Of a DNA stretch of 64,000 nt, positions 11,741 to 26,092 are shown in pieces. The notes beneath the pieces were generated by a model. That model had not been told where the DNA came from. It searched no databases and was given only the letters and a program-made list of their open reading frames with translations. The position numbers were made by a program, and so were the translations under genes. Location of the stretch: assembly GCF_030028105.1 (NCBI RefSeq), contig NC_092397.1, forward strand, positions 28,301,097 to 28,365,096. The letters run 5' to 3'. Within the stretch, counting starts at the first letter, position 1. Every line of letters begins with the position of its first letter. This DNA is from Mobula birostris. Its lineage: Eukaryota.

Positions 11741-14700
11741 TATAGAAAACCTACAGCACAATACAGGCCCTTCAGCCCACAAAGTTGTGCCAAACATGTA
11801 GCTACCTTTGAAATTACTACGGTTACCCATAGCCCTCTATTTTTCTAAGCTCCATGTACCTATCCAAAAGTCTCTCAAAAGACCCTATCGTATCGGCCTC
11901 TACCACCATTGCTGGCAGCCCATTCCACGCACTCACCATTCTCTGTGTAAAAAAAACTTACCCTGACATCTCCTCTGTACCTACTCCCAAGCACCTTGAA
12001 CCTGTGCCCTCTTGTGGCAGCCATTTCAGCCCTGGGAAAAAGCCTCTGACTATCTACACAGTTAATGCCTCGCATCATCTTATACACCTCTATCAGATCA
12101 CCTGTCATCCCCCGTCGCTCCAAGGAGAAAAGGCCGAGTTCACTCAACCTATTCTCATAAGGCATGCTCCCCAATCCAGGTATCATCCTTATAAATCTCC
12201 TCTGCACCCTTTATGTGGTTTCCACATCCTTCCTGTAGCGAGGCGACCAGAACCGAGCGCAGTACTCCAAGTGGCATCTGACCAAGGTCCTATATAGCTG
12301 CAACATTACCTGTTGGCTCCTCAGTTCAATTCCAGGATTGATGAAGGCCAATGCACCGTATGCCACCTGAACCACAGAGTCAACCTGCGTAGCTGCTTTG
12401 AGTGTCCTATGGACTCTGACCCCAAGATCCCTCTGGTCCTCCACAATGCCAAGGGTCTTACCATTAATACTATATACTCTCATCATATTTGACCTACCAA
12501 AGTGAACCACTTCACACTTATCTGGGTTGAACTCCATCTGCCACTTCTCAGCCCAGTTTTGCATCCTATCAATGTCCCGCTGTAACCTCTGACAGCACTC
12601 CACACTATTCACAACACCCCCAACCTTTGTGTCATCAGCAAACTTACTAACCCATCCCTTCACTTCCTCATCCAGGTCATTTATAAAAATCACGAAAAGT
12701 AAGGGTCCCAGAACAGATCCCTGAGGCACACCACTGCTCACCGACCTCCATGCAGAATATGACCCGTCTACAACCACTCTTTGCCTTCTGTGGGCAAGCC
12801 AGTTCTGGATCCGCAAAACATTGTCCCCTTGGATCCCATGCCTCCTAACTTTCCCAATAAGCCTTGCATGAGGTACCTTATCAAATGCCTTGCTGAAATC
12901 CATTTGCACTACATCTACTGCTCTCCCTTCATGAATATGTTTAGTCACATCCTCAAAAAATTCAATCAGGCTCGTAAGGCACGACCTGCCCTTGACAAAG
13001 CCATGCTGACTATTCCTAATCATATTATACCTCTCCAAATGCTCATAAATCCTGCCTCTCAGGATCTTCTCCATCAGCTTACCAACCACTGAAGTAAGAC
13101 TCACTGGTTAATAATTTCCTGGGCTATCTCTACTCCCTTTCTTGAATGAGGGAACAACATCCGCAATCCTCCGGAACCTCTCCTGTCCCCATTGATGATG
13201 CAAAGTTCATCGCCAGAGGCTCAGCAATCTCCTCCCTCGCCTCCCGCAGTATCCTAGGTACATCTCATCCTGTCCCGGCGACTTATCCAACCTGATGCTT
13301 TCCAAAAGCTCCAGCACATCCACTTTCTTAATATCTACATGCTCAAGCTTTTCAGTCTGCTGCAAGTCATCACTAAAATCATCAAGATCCTTTTCTGTAG
13401 TGAATATTGAAGTAAAGTATTCATTAAGTACCTCTGCTATTTCCTCTGGTTCCATACACACTTTCCCACTGTCACACTTGATAGGTTTTATCCTTTCAAG
13501 TCGTATCCTCTTGCTCTTCACATACTCGTAGAATGCCTTGGGGCTTTCCTTAATCCTGCCCGCCAAGGCCTTCTCATGGCCCCTTCTGGCTCTCCTAATT
13601 TCCTTCTTAAGCTCCTTCTTGTTAGCCTGACAATCTTCTAGATCTCTGACATTACCTCACCCTCTGAACCTTTTGTAAGCTTTTCTTTTCTTCTTGTCTA
13701 GATTTACTGCAGCCTTGATTGGAACATACCTATGCAGAACTCCACACTGTTACGTACCCCATAACTGGGTTGCTAAACCAGCAGAAATGGAACGCTTGTT
13801 GGAGTCTGTGATTACTAGGAACTATTAAATTTTTATTAAGGAAATAAGTAATACAGTACACTAATTGCAAGGATATAAATGTAACAGGTTCGCAATGATA
13901 ATACCCACATATACACAGAAATAGGGTAATAGGAATCAACCAAGCTCTATCGTAGTCTAGGGGTAAAATGATCAGTCTTAAGCAGAGTTCAGTTCAGTTT
14001 AGTGCAGTTCGAAGTAATCACTGTTGTTGTACCGTTGGAGGGAGGGAGGGAGAGAGATATATAGAGATGCAGTTGGTTTCGGGCAGATCTTTTGATATCT
14101 TCTGATCCCGCTGTGGTCACTGACTGTGGCCACTCTGTTCCGGATACGATCGTTCTTCCGCAGTGAACCCGGCACTCAGGCAAGGGCGGACACACACCCT
14201 GAGAGCATCTGATCAATTCCCGCGAACCGGTCCTCCAAACTCCACCAACTTGTGGGGGCACACTGCCCTTTCCAGGGTCTCGTGGCGTGTCTCGTGCCTC
14301 TTTTTATCCCCCTGCTGGGGTATCACCTGTCCATCAAACTTCAAACTATTCAGGTTCAAAGCAAATGGTCTGTCAATATGTTTCTCCATTGTCTTCCATT
14401 ATCTCTCTCATTAGCATCATCCGTCCGGTAGCTCTGCTTGGCGACACACATGACAACAGAAATATTCCCTGAACATTTGCCACATTTCTCCCGTACCTTT
14501 CCTTGAGAACATCAGTTCCCAATTTAAGCTTCCAAGTTCCTGCCTGATAGCCTCATAATTCCCCTTACTCCAATTAATCGCTTTTCTAACTTGTCTGTTC
14601 CTAGCTCTCTCCAATGCTATTGCAAAGAAGATAGAATTATGATCACTATCTCTAAAATGCTGTCCCACTGAGAGGACTGACACCTGACCAGGTTCATTTC

Positions 14701-16306
14701 CCAATACCAAATCAAGTACAGTCTCTCCTCTTGTAGGCTTATCTACATATTGTGTCAAGAAACCTTCCTGAACACACCTAACAAACTCCACCCTATCTAA
14801 ACGCCAATCGATATTTGTGAAATTAAAATCTCCCACCACTACGACTCTTATTCTTATCTGTTTCCCTATCTGCTCCTCGATATCCCTGTTACTGTTGGGT
14901 GGACTATGAAAAACACACAGTAGAGTAATTGACCCCTTACTGTTCCTAACCTCCACCCACAGAGACTCCGTAGACAATCCCCCCCATGACGTCCACCTTT
15001 TCTGCAGCCATGACACTATCTCTGATCAACAGTGCCACGCCCCCACCCCTTTGGCCTCCCTCCCTGTCCTTTCTGAAATATCTAAAACCTGGCACTTGAA
15101 GTAACCATTCCTGTCCCTGAGCCATCCAAGTCTCTGTAATGGCCACCACACCATAGCTCCAAGTAGTGATACATGCTCTAAGCTCATCTGCTTTGTTCAC
15201 AATACTCCCTGCGTTAAAATAGACACATCTCAAACCATTGGTCTGAGCACGTACCTTCTCTATCACTTGCCTGTCCTCCCTCACACACCGTCTCCAAGCT
15301 TTCTCTATTTGTGAGCCAACCGCCTCTTCCCCAGTCTCTTCAGTTTGGTTCCCACCTCCCAACAGTTCTAGTTTAAACTCTCCCCAATAGCAAACCTCCC
15401 CACCAAGATATTGCTCCCCGTGGGATTCAAGTGCAACTCGTCCTTTTTGTACAGGTCACATCTGCCCCAAAAGAGGTCCCAGTGATCCAGAAATCTGAAT
15501 CCCTGCCCCCTGCTTTAATCCCTCAGCCACGCATTTATCCTCCACCTCAATTCTATTCCTATACTCACTTTCCCGTGGCACAGGCAGTAATCCCGAGATT
15601 ACTACCTTTGCTCTCCTGCTTCTCAACTTCCTTCCTAACTCCCTGTAGTCCTTTTTCAGGACCTCCTCCCTTTTCCTACCTATGTCAATGGTAGCAATAT
15701 GTACCACGACCTCTGGCTGTTCTCCAATCCACTGCAGGATATTTTGGACGTGATCTGAAACATCCCGGACCCTGGCATCTGGGAGGTAAACTACCATCCG
15801 TGTTTCTTTCCTGCATCCACAGAGTCGCCTAACTAAAGAGTCCCCTATCAGTACGGCCTTTCTCTTCCTTTCTCTGCCCTTCTGAGCCACAGGGCCGGAC
15901 TCTGTGCCAGAGGCTTGGCTGCTGTTGCTTCCCCCAGGTAGGCTGTTCCTCCCCCCCAACCCCCCCCCCCCAACAGTACTCAAACAGGAGTACTTATTGT
16001 ACAGGGGGACAGCCACAGGGGTACTCTCTGGTACCTGACTCTTCCCCTTCCCTCTCCTGACTGTTAACCACTTGTCTGTCTCCTGTGGTCCCGGTTCGAC
16101 CACCTGCCTATGACTCCCTTCAATCACCTCCTCGCTCTCCCTGACCAGACGAAGGTCAACGAGCTGCAACTCCCGTTCCCTAACGCAATCCCTTGGGAGC
16201 CGCAGCTCGACACACCAGGTGCGGATATTCCCGTCCAGGAGGCTGGGAGACTCCAGAACTTCCCACATCTGACACCGAGTACAGAACACCGGCCTCACAC
16301 ACATGC
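11741..16306 (-). mobile_element. Near full-length degenerate CR1 LINE (ORF1 esterase, ORF2 EN and RT)
   Basis: ORF1: CTRCQMW, VLIGDSLVR, PEVVVHI. EN: CVYFNAGSIVNK, VAITETW, GDFN, SDHN. RT ORF 12211..13104: QHGF, DFSKAFDKV, GVPQGSVLGP, FADD. Interrupted by a solo LTR. Confidence 0.92.
13748..14455 (-). mobile_element. Solo LTR inserted in CR1 ORF2
   Basis: TGTTACG...TGACA termini, near-TSD ACAC/ACAG, and CR1 sequence resumes on both sides. Minus-strand AATAAA at 13832-13837. Shares a block with the LTR at 63616. Confidence 0.75.
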
Positions 16307-17557
16307 TTCCTTTGTCACATCTTTCTACCGATTTGTTACCATTCTTTACCAGCAGAGCCACGCCATCCCCATTGCCCACCTTCCTGTCCCTCTGACACGT
16401 GTAACCTTGGGCACTTAGCTCCCAACTACAAACATGCTTCAGCCGTGATTCAGTGATGGTCACAACATTAAACATGACAATCCATAACAGGGCAATAAGA
16501 TTATCCACCTTATTTAGTAGACTCTGGGTATTGAGATATAACAGTTTGAGTACTGTATTTGCTACCATAATTGTTTCTGCATCCCTCATGCACTGATACT
16601 CACCCTGCTGGCTGCATTTATGTCCTATCATCTGCCTGCCCTTCCTGACTGCATGCTATCTTTGCTTTTTTACCGTCTGTCCTATCTTGCATCCTTTCAC
16701 GCCTGTTCCCACGCCCCTGCAAAATTAGTTTAAACCCTCCCCGACCGCTCTAACAAACCAGCAGTATGCCCACAAGAAAACTAATCTCAGGGTTGCATAT
16801 GGTGACAGAAATGTATTTTGATAATACATTTACTTTCAGCTTTGAACTTTGTAGTAGAGAGCTGGGTGTTGTACTGGTCTGTGTCCTCACTGGCCGGTGC
16901 TGTGCTCTGGCAGCTCAGTGTGCTTGGTATACAGTGTCAGTGTTTCGACAGAAGTGTGTCCTTATTACACAATTGATCTTGTCCATCCTGGAGCTTGGAA
17001 GATTCACTGGCGACCAGAATGATTTTTTCAGACTATTATTGAGCAGAGAATCATTCTGTGATCGTCGAGACTATTTGACCCGTCAAGTTAATACTAACTC
17101 CTGCTACAACATTTCCACGGTCCCATTCCCCACTCTGTCCCCACAGCACTGCAGGTCATTTCTCCTGAAGGACCTGTCTAATTCCTCTTTGAACACTGGT
17201 TGTTCCTGCCACCACTCCGCTGAGTCCCATATTTCCCAAGGTGAAGTCAAGAATGTCCCCCTCCCTGGTGGATGACATATTGTTTCAGGAAACCTTAATG
17301 CTCCATCCAAGCCTCAGGGTGTAAGAGAATCCCAGTTACTCTGAGGAGATATTCACTCACCAAATCTACTCTGTTGATTTTTACATCATCCCATAACCTG
17401 CTAACATATCTGTTTCTGTCTCTTACTGGCTATTGGGAGGCCTGCAGTATAACCCTATCATAGTGATTGCACTTTTCCTATTCCTGATTTCTATCCAGAT
17501 TGTCTTACTGGATTAGCCTCTGGGATGACCTTGACCTTGTGACATTCTGCATGATCA

Positions 17558-17995
17558 GTGTGTGGACTGGGCCAATGGCACCAACACGGGTGATGCTATC
17601 CGACTCAATAAACTGATTGGAAAGGCTGGCTCTTATAGGAGTCAAACTGGACACACTGGAGGCCGTGGTAGCAGAAAGGACCCTACGGAAAATCCTGGCA
17701 ATTCTGGACAATGTTTCTCACCCTCTGCATGCCACCTTGGCTGAACAGAGGAGCACCTTCAGTAACAGACTAAGACAACTCTGCTGCTCCAAGGAGCGCT
17801 GTATGAAGTCATTCTTACACTGAGCCGTCAGGATCAATAATGAGTCAACCTATAGCCGGGGAAGTGATGACCCCCCCCCCCCCCACGTTAGACTGTTGGA
17901 GGTAACTTACTTTTTATTCTTTCTCTTGCTTCTCTTCTGATATTTGTAGATGTGTGCACTTGTAATGCTGCTGAGACACTAATTTATCCATTTGG
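17558..17995 (+). mobile_element. Rex1/Babar 3' fragment present only in arm 1
   Basis: Encodes RLNKLIGKAG...ILDNVSHPLHATL; same family as 4945-5813. Not present at the matching position in arm 2. Confidence 0.7.
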
Positions 17996-18461
17996 AGTTG
18001 CTTTCTGTGTTAATCCACATCCATCACTGCCAGTTACTGACCTCTTACTCTTCCCATCACCTGTCCTGAAGGAGAGCCCAATGATCCATGTAACTAAAAC
18101 CCTCCATCCTGCACCAGCTCGTGAGCCACACATATAACGGTACCACCTTTGTATTTCTTCCCTCGCTAGCAGGTGGCACTGGGATTTCCACCCCCCCCCC
18201 CCGACCACAGAGTTTCCACTTAACTTTTTCCCCAACTCCCTAAGCTCTCCTTGCAGGACTTTTCTCTTTTGTTCGTGCCAATATGGACCACTACCTCTGG
18301 CTGCTCACCCTGCCCTTTCAGAATGGCCTGTACTTGTTCATTTCCATCCTCGACCCTGGTACCAGGGAGGTAATGCACCACTGTGCAGTCTCTCTCCTTA
18401 CCACAGATACACCTGTCTGTGACCCCGGCTAAAGACTCCCCCTGTCACTGAGGCTCACTGA

Positions 18462-19260
18462 GAACACAGAACAGTACAGCACAGGAACAGACCCTTCTTC
18501 CCATGATGTCTGTGCTGAACATGATGTCAAATGAAACAAACCTCTTCTGCCTGCTTATAATTCATGTGCTTCAATTCTCTGAATATTCATGGGCTTGTCT
18601 AAAACCCTGTTAAATGTCATTATCATATCTGCTTCCACCACTCCCCATGGCAGCCCATACCCGGCCCTCACCACTCTCTGTACGGAATTAGAAATCTTAC
18701 CTGTCCTAACGTCCACCTTTAAATTCTCACCCTGGCATTTTAAAGCTGCGCCTTCTCATATTTGATATTTCTACCCTGGCAAAATGATCCTGTCTGTTTA
18801 CCTTGTCTACATCTCTCATAGTTTTATAATCTTCTGTCAGGTCTCCCCTCAGTCTCCTTCACTCCAGGGAAAACAGTCTCAGTCAGTCTGATCTTTCCTT
18901 GTAACTCAAGCCCCCAGTCCAGTTAACATTCCTGTGAATCGTTTCTGCACCTTTCCAGCTTAATCACATCCTTCCTCTCATGTGACCAGAACTGCACAGG
19001 GTACTCCTGGTGTGGTGTCATTATTGATTTGTACAACTGTAATGTGATGTCCCAACTCCTCTCAGAGCCTTTGCTGATGAAGACAAGCATGTCGTGCTCC
19101 TTCTTCACCACCTTGTCTACCTGTCTTGGCACTTGCAGGGAATTGCTTACCTGTGCCCCAGGTTTCTCTTTCATCAACACTCCTCAGGACCCTCCATTCA
19201 CTGGGTACGTCCTGACCTGCTTTAACTTCCCAAAATCCATCATTGTGCACTTGTCTGTCA
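18462..19260 (-). mobile_element. CR1 3' fragment (mirrored at ~60340-61135)
   Basis: ORF 18923..19180 (QVDKVVKK...LQLYKS...EYPVQFWS). Confidence 0.75.
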
Positions 19261-21088
19261 CAGTAACAACACTTCTCTGTTTCTCTGCACCAACACCCCG
19301 TCAGTAAATGTCAATGAACCATTCACCTCTGAACCTTGGTCATATATGGTTTTATGAACCACTCACTGCTCCCGTCTCTGTTTTGTTGTGTAGTTCAGCA
19401 CCTCGACCCCTCTCTATTTCCCTCATTTACAATTTATCTCCACATAAATCATAGTCTGACTTTTGATTCCTCCTACCATTCTACATGTCATCACACTTCA
19501 CCACATTAAACTCCATTTACCAAGTATTCTACTCACCAGCTTCCCCATGTCCCATTGAAGAGATGAAATGTCCAATCACAACATGTCCCCCACCACATTC
19601 CCTGTCATTGCCACCGTGGATTCCTCACTCTCTGCCCCTCCTCCGGGTCATTAATATCAATAATAAATCATTGACAATCCAGAACTGGTCACTGGGACAC
19701 TCCACTAGTAATATCATCCCAGTCTGAAACAGACCTGTTATTCTGTCTCAGTATGATGACCAGTCTTCAGTCAGTATTAACACACTTCCTTCCCAGTACT
19801 GAGCTCTGGTCTTGTGCACCAGCCTTACATGTGGCACCTTGGCAAATGGCTCCTGAAAATCCAAGAACACCACTTCTCCAACTTCCCCTGTAAAGTCTCA
19901 AATCTCTGGTATGTTAGTCAAACATGACTTAACATTCAACAACCCAGGTTACAGGGTCCAAGACCAGGTTCCAGATGGACAGGGTGGTGAAGAGGCTTTT
20001 GGAACACTGGCCTTCAGTCAGGGCACCGAATATAGAAACTGGGATGAGATGTTGCAGTTGTACAACACGTTGGTTTGGCCACATTTTGCAAATAGTGTTT
20101 AGTTTTTGTGACCCTGCTGTATGACAGACACCATTAAGCTGGAAAGAGTACAGGGGAGATTTACGGGGATGTTACTGGATCTCAAAGGATTTGTGGAAAG
20201 GTGTTTCGGATAATTTTCCCTGTAATGTTGGAGAATGAGTGCTGATATTGCAGAGGTGTATAAAATCATGAGAGACCTGGAAGCTGGAAATGGAAAGAGC
20301 TGCTAGGGGGAGTGGTTGAGTCAGGTACATTAAAAAGGCACTTGGACAGGTAGATGGAAAGGAAAGGTTTTGAAGTATCTGGGCCAAATGCAGAGAAATG
20401 GGACAAGGAGGAGGATAACCTTCTTCATAATGTGGTGGTGAGGGGGTTACAGACCACGAGCTCAGATGGGAACTTTGGTCATCGTGGAATCTGTGTGAAC
20501 CTGACTGTAGACATTAAACTTTTCCAAATGATTTGTTATTTCTTGATAGATTATCAACTCCAGTACCTGAAGTGAAGTTAACAGGACTACAGTTACCTGC
20601 TTTTTATCTTCCACCCTTCTTCAGCAATGGTTTTCAACTCCACTGGGACCTTTCTGTAACAGTGAGTTTTGACAGACTTCAATGTCTCTACTTTCTCTAC
20701 AGACTTCCTGTGAAACCCTCCAGTGCAGGTCGTTGGGACCTGGTAAAGTTTGCTTTTAGTCCCATTAGTTTCTCCCTTGTGATGCCAATTGTTACACATT
20801 ATGGCACAATGTTGAAATATCACCGTTAGATATCTGTGGGATGTTTGCTGTGACCCACTGTGAGCACTAATGCAAATTACTGAGTTAACTTCTCTGCGTG
20901 TTCCTTGTTACTTTTAGCTTTTCACTGATTCCTAGAAAATCTCTGATTCTCTTGTGCACCACCAGCGCCTCTTTGTATGTTCTTTGATTTAATATTTCCT
21001 TGAATGCCTTTGACCACACCTCAGGATCTTGAGGCCACTCCTACCAATGTTGTCTTTCCCTCCCCCTTTCACCATCATTGTCCCTACA

Positions 21089-22595
21089 TATAAAGTTCCT
21101 ATGAAAATTTACAGCATTGAATCTCAGTGGATTGAATTTGGCTTTTTTTGAAACCAATCAATGGAAGAAGAATCTTTTGTGTCAAAGGGAAAACAAATCT
21201 CTACAAAATGCTCTCAACTAATTACAAATCAAAAACACAAAATAATTGTCTGTTTAAGTATTCACCCCCTTTAATATGACACACCAAATCATCTCTGGTG
21301 CAGCCAATTAGTTTTTGAAGTTACATGATCAGTTAAATGGAGATGACCGTGTGCAGTGAAGGTGTTTCAATTGATTGTAGTAATAGTACCCCTGTAAGTA
21401 GAAGGTTGAACTGCTGGTGAGTCAGTATCCTGGGAGAAACTACACCGTGAAGACAAATCAACACTCCGAGCTGCTCTGCAAACAGGTAATTGAAAAACAC
21501 AAGCCAGGAGATGGAGTCAAGAAAATTTCCAAGTCACTGAATGCCCTTGGAGTACAGTTAAGTCACTCATCCAGAAGTGGGAAGAATATGGCACAGCTGT
21601 AAATCTACCAAGAGCAGACTATCCTCAAAAACTGAATGGCCATGCAAGAAGGGGCCAGTGGGGGAGGCCACCAAGAGACCAATGATAACTCTAGAGGAGT
21701 TACAAGCTTCAGTGGTGGGAGAGATTGTGCATACATCAACTGTTGCCCGGGTGTTTCACCAGTCGCAGCTTTACGGGAGAGTGGCAGAGAAAAAGCCACT
21801 GTTGAAAAATGCTCTGATGAAATCTTCCCTGGAGTTTCCCAGAATTGTTGGGGACTCTGAAGTTAGTTGGAAGAAGATTCTATGGTCTGATGAAAACAAA
21901 ATTGAACCTTTTGACCATCACAAACACTAAGTTTGGAGTAAGCCAAACACCGCACAACATCAAAAACACACCATCCCTACCGTGAAGTATGGTGGAGGCT
22001 GCATCATCCTGTGGGTGTGCTTCACTGCAGCAGGCCCTGAAAGGCACATAAAGGTAGAGGGTGAAATGAACGCAGCAAAATACAGGGAAATCCTGGAGGA
22101 AAACCAAATTCAGTCTTCAAGAGAACTGCGACTTAGGAGAAAATTAATTTTCCAGCATGACAATGACCACAAGCATAAAACCAAAGCTGCAAAGGAATGC
22201 CTTAAAACAACAAAGTTAATGTCCTGGAGTGGCTTTGTGAGAGTTCAGACCTCAATCCAATTGAGAATTTGTGGCTGGACTTGAAAAGAAGTGTTCGCTC
22301 ACTAACCCATGCATTCTGACAGAGCTTCTGTAGTTTTGTAAAGAAGAATGTGGAAAAATTGCAGTGTTCAGATGTGCAAAGCTGATAGACACCTATCGAC
22401 ACAGACTCAACTGTAAATACTGCCAAAGGTGCATCAACTAATTACGGATTTGAAGGAGGTAAATACTAAGGCAATGAATTATTTTGTTTCATATTTACAA
22501 TTAATTTAGATCTGTTTTCACTTTGACACCATAGTCTTTTCTGTTGATCAGTGTCAAAAAAGCCAAATTAAATCCATTGCAAAACAATAAAACCT
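21089..22595 (+). mobile_element. Tc1-like DNA transposon, frameshifted
   Basis: Long imperfect TIRs at ~21090-21270 and ~22450-22595. Transposase pieces VIEKHKPGDGVKKISKSLN, ILWSDENKIE, KYGGGCIILW, FQHDNDHKH, SDLNPIENLW. Confidence 0.9.
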
Positions 22596-22779
22596 AATAA
22601 CTTACATTTTGCCAATTCCGTGTGGAACATTGAATATAGTGGAATGTCGAAGTCCCAGTCTCTGTAACCATGTCCCTGCAATTACTGTTAGATCAAACAT
22701 ATTCATCAGTACACAATATGGAACAGATGGCAACCTGCCCTTCGTCTCACAATATCTGCGCCAATCATAATAATGATCA

Positions 22780-24480
22780 GACTTTATTAAGTACTGTGGA
22801 GGTCTCACTGGAGTATTGTGAGCAGTTTTGGGCTCTTCATCTTAGGAAGGATGAGCTGAAACTCGATGGGTTTCAAAGGAGGTTCTCCAGATTGATTCCA
22901 GGATGAAACATCTTGTCGTATGAAGAGTGTTTGATGGCTCTGGGCCTGTATTCACTGGAATTTTTGAACAATGAGGGGTGGCCCAATTGAAACCTATCGA
23001 ATGGTGAAAGGCAGTGATAAAGTGGATGTGCAGAAGATGGGAGTGTCTAATATCAAGACACAGCCTCGGAATAGAGGAGCATCCTTGTAGAATGTGGAGA
23101 TGAGGAATTTCTTTAGCCAGAGAGTGGTTCATCTGTGGAATTCATTGCCACAGGGAGCTGTTAAGCCAGGACTTTATGTATATTTAAGGCAGAGGTTGAT
23201 AGATTCTTGATTGGTCAGAGTATGAAGAGATACAGGGGAAAGGCAGGAGACTGGGGCTGAAAGGAAAAATGGATCAGCCACAATGAAATGTCGGAGCAGA
23301 CGACGGGCCAAATGGTTGAATTCTGCTCCTATATCTTAGCCTGTGTCACTTCCTGAGAAACCTCAATCAAATTTATCAAGCGTGATCTGCCCACACAAAA
23401 CCATGTTGAATGTCCCTAAGCAGACCATGCCTTTCCAAATGTGCATAAATCCTGTGCCTCAATATCCTCCCCAGTAGCTTCTCTACCACTGAAATGAGGC
23501 TGCCTTGCCTATAGGTTCCTGGATTCTTGTTATTTCCCTTCTTGATCAAAGCTGCAATATTTCTGACACTCTAGACCTGTGGGACCTCACATGTTGTGAT
23601 CGAGGACACATAGATCCTTGTCAAATCACCGGCAATCTGCTCACTTGTTTCTTTCACTGTTGTAGGATATTTGCCTTCAGGCCCTGGAGTCTTAGCCATC
23701 TTATTGCTTTTCAGACGTCCCAGCACAACCTGCTCCTTAATCTCAAAATGTCTCTGCACATTCGCATGCCTCATTCTGTTTTCATTGCCATTCAATTCCT
23801 TCACTTCAGTAAATACTGACACAACGTACTCATTTAGTACCTCAGCCACTTGATCTGACTTCAACCACATCATTCCTCCTTTAACCTTGAGTCGACATTT
23901 CTATTCTCTGGTTATCCTCGTCTTATTAATACAAATCACAAGGCCTTGGGATCATCTTTGGTCCTACATTACAAGGACAGTTTGTGGCCCCTTTTGGCCT
24001 TTCCTATCACCTGCTTTAGCATTTCCCTGCTACCTTTATATTCCAAAGGTACCCAGTCTGACTTTAGCTTCACAAACCTTCCATAACCTTTTGACTAAAT
24101 TTAGGATCTCTCTGCTTGTCTAAAGATCCCTTACTTACCATCCTTCTCCTCACTCCTCACCGAACATGCTGATCCTGAACTCAGAGTTGCTGGTCTTTAA
24201 ACAACTCCCACACATCAGATGTGGACTTGTCTGACAGTGGCTGCTCCCAATCAATGTCCTTTGGCTCCTATCTTCCTCCGTCCTGACTTGTCCTCCTGCA
24301 AATTAGTACCTTCATACAAGATCTACTTTTATTTTTACTTGTAACTAAGAAAAAAGAAACTTGTGATCACTGTTCCCAAAATGTTCACTGACCCTCAACT
24401 GTCACCTGGCCTGGCTCATTCCCATCTGTTCTCACCTCTGGTTGGGCCCTGTACATAATGTTTCAAACACCTCTCAGATT
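22780..24480. mobile_element. Nested CR1 fragments: + strand 3' end adjoining an older - strand copy
   Basis: CR1 ORF2 C-terminal motifs at 22780-23335 (+). AEVLNEY and KTPGPEG motifs on the - strand. The same junction is seen at ~56050 in arm 2. Confidence 0.7.
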
Positions 24481-24825
24481 CACTGAAGAAATCTGGCGCA
24501 TTTAAGAATTAAGCAAGTTCCAGTTAATCTAGAGAAGATAATGTCCTCCCACTGGTTGTTGCGGGGCCAATACAAACACCCCAACAGTGTAACTGCAGAT
24601 TGCCTCTGTAAATGAACCTTGCAGTTTGCTGTGACATTCCCAGTGAGGTAACCTCTGCATTTTTAACCCCCCACTCACATGTAAAACAATGAAACCCAGG
24701 AATGTTGAGCTGCCAGCCCTGTCCGTCCGATAACATAGTACTCCTAGTGTTGAAATAAACTCATTTCAGCCCATCAGTCCCACCATGTTTATTAGCCTGA
24801 CATTGGCTCTCGTTCTTTTCAGACT

Positions 24826-25394
<569 letters not shown>

Positions 25395-25427
25395 AAAACT
25401 CCCACTTCCTCCCGAGCACAAAACAAA

Positions 25428-25468
25428 GGCTCTTCTAAGAGCCACCCACCGCCTCACAGACGGAGCTG
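25428..25468 (+). terminator. Histone 3' stem-loop and downstream element (H4)
   Basis: GGCTCT-TCTA-AGAGCC at 25428-25443, then ACCCA and CAGACGGAGCTG. Confidence 0.95.
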
Positions 25469-25879
25469 TATCCGCAACCTTTTAATTATTTTTATCGATA
25501 CATTCAGCTGAGTTACATTTGAAACAGATTAATCGGTTCGGTTTGCAATATTCCTGCGAATCTGCCTTTCCAGTCGGTGATTACTTCAGAACCTCTGAGC
25601 GCGTTAAGATCGATCTTCATCCTTTTATCCGTCTCGGACAGGAATCAGTTCACTCGGTTGGAGAAGCGACTCCGTAATTGTGCATTTAAATCTTAACTCA
25701 GGGGATTAGATATTAAATGAAACTGAAATTGTATAATGCGTGATAAAACTAACGGTAGATAATTTTAAAAAAAAAGTCTTCCAGAACCGTTGCTGGGTGC
25801 TCTGAAATTGGCGGGCAATTTGAAATTGATCAAGCGCCAATCACACTGTATTCTGATCCGATGAAGTCCGACCGCCAGT

Positions 25880-26092
25880 AAATTCCTAGAACTCCTTCTG
25901 TACGTGGTGTTAGAGGGCGTTTTTTTCTCTCTCTCTGGAGCTCTGTGTTTCGGACAAACCGTTGGAAATTGCCGGGTGTATTAAAGTGAAGACGGAGCTG
26001 GACGATGAGAGGCCGCTCTCGGCACTGTCCGTCACTCTGACTCTGTCTCCTCCCCTCCTCGCCTCTGTCTCTCTGCGCGTTTCTCGGTCAGG
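25880..26092 (+). pseudogene. Orphan H4 promoter copy without TATA box or CDS
   Basis: Matches 24830-25008 (GGAGCTGGACGATGAGAGGCCGCTCTCGG...CTCTCTGCGCGTTTCTCGG) and breaks into CR1 sequence just before the TATA box. Confidence 0.85.

Noticed and set aside
15456-16631. 391-aa ORF, the longest in the window
   Set aside because: Chance in-frame fusion at ~16306 of an old CR1 endonuclease N-terminus to ORF1 of another CR1. Catalytic motifs are degraded and there is no promoter evidence.
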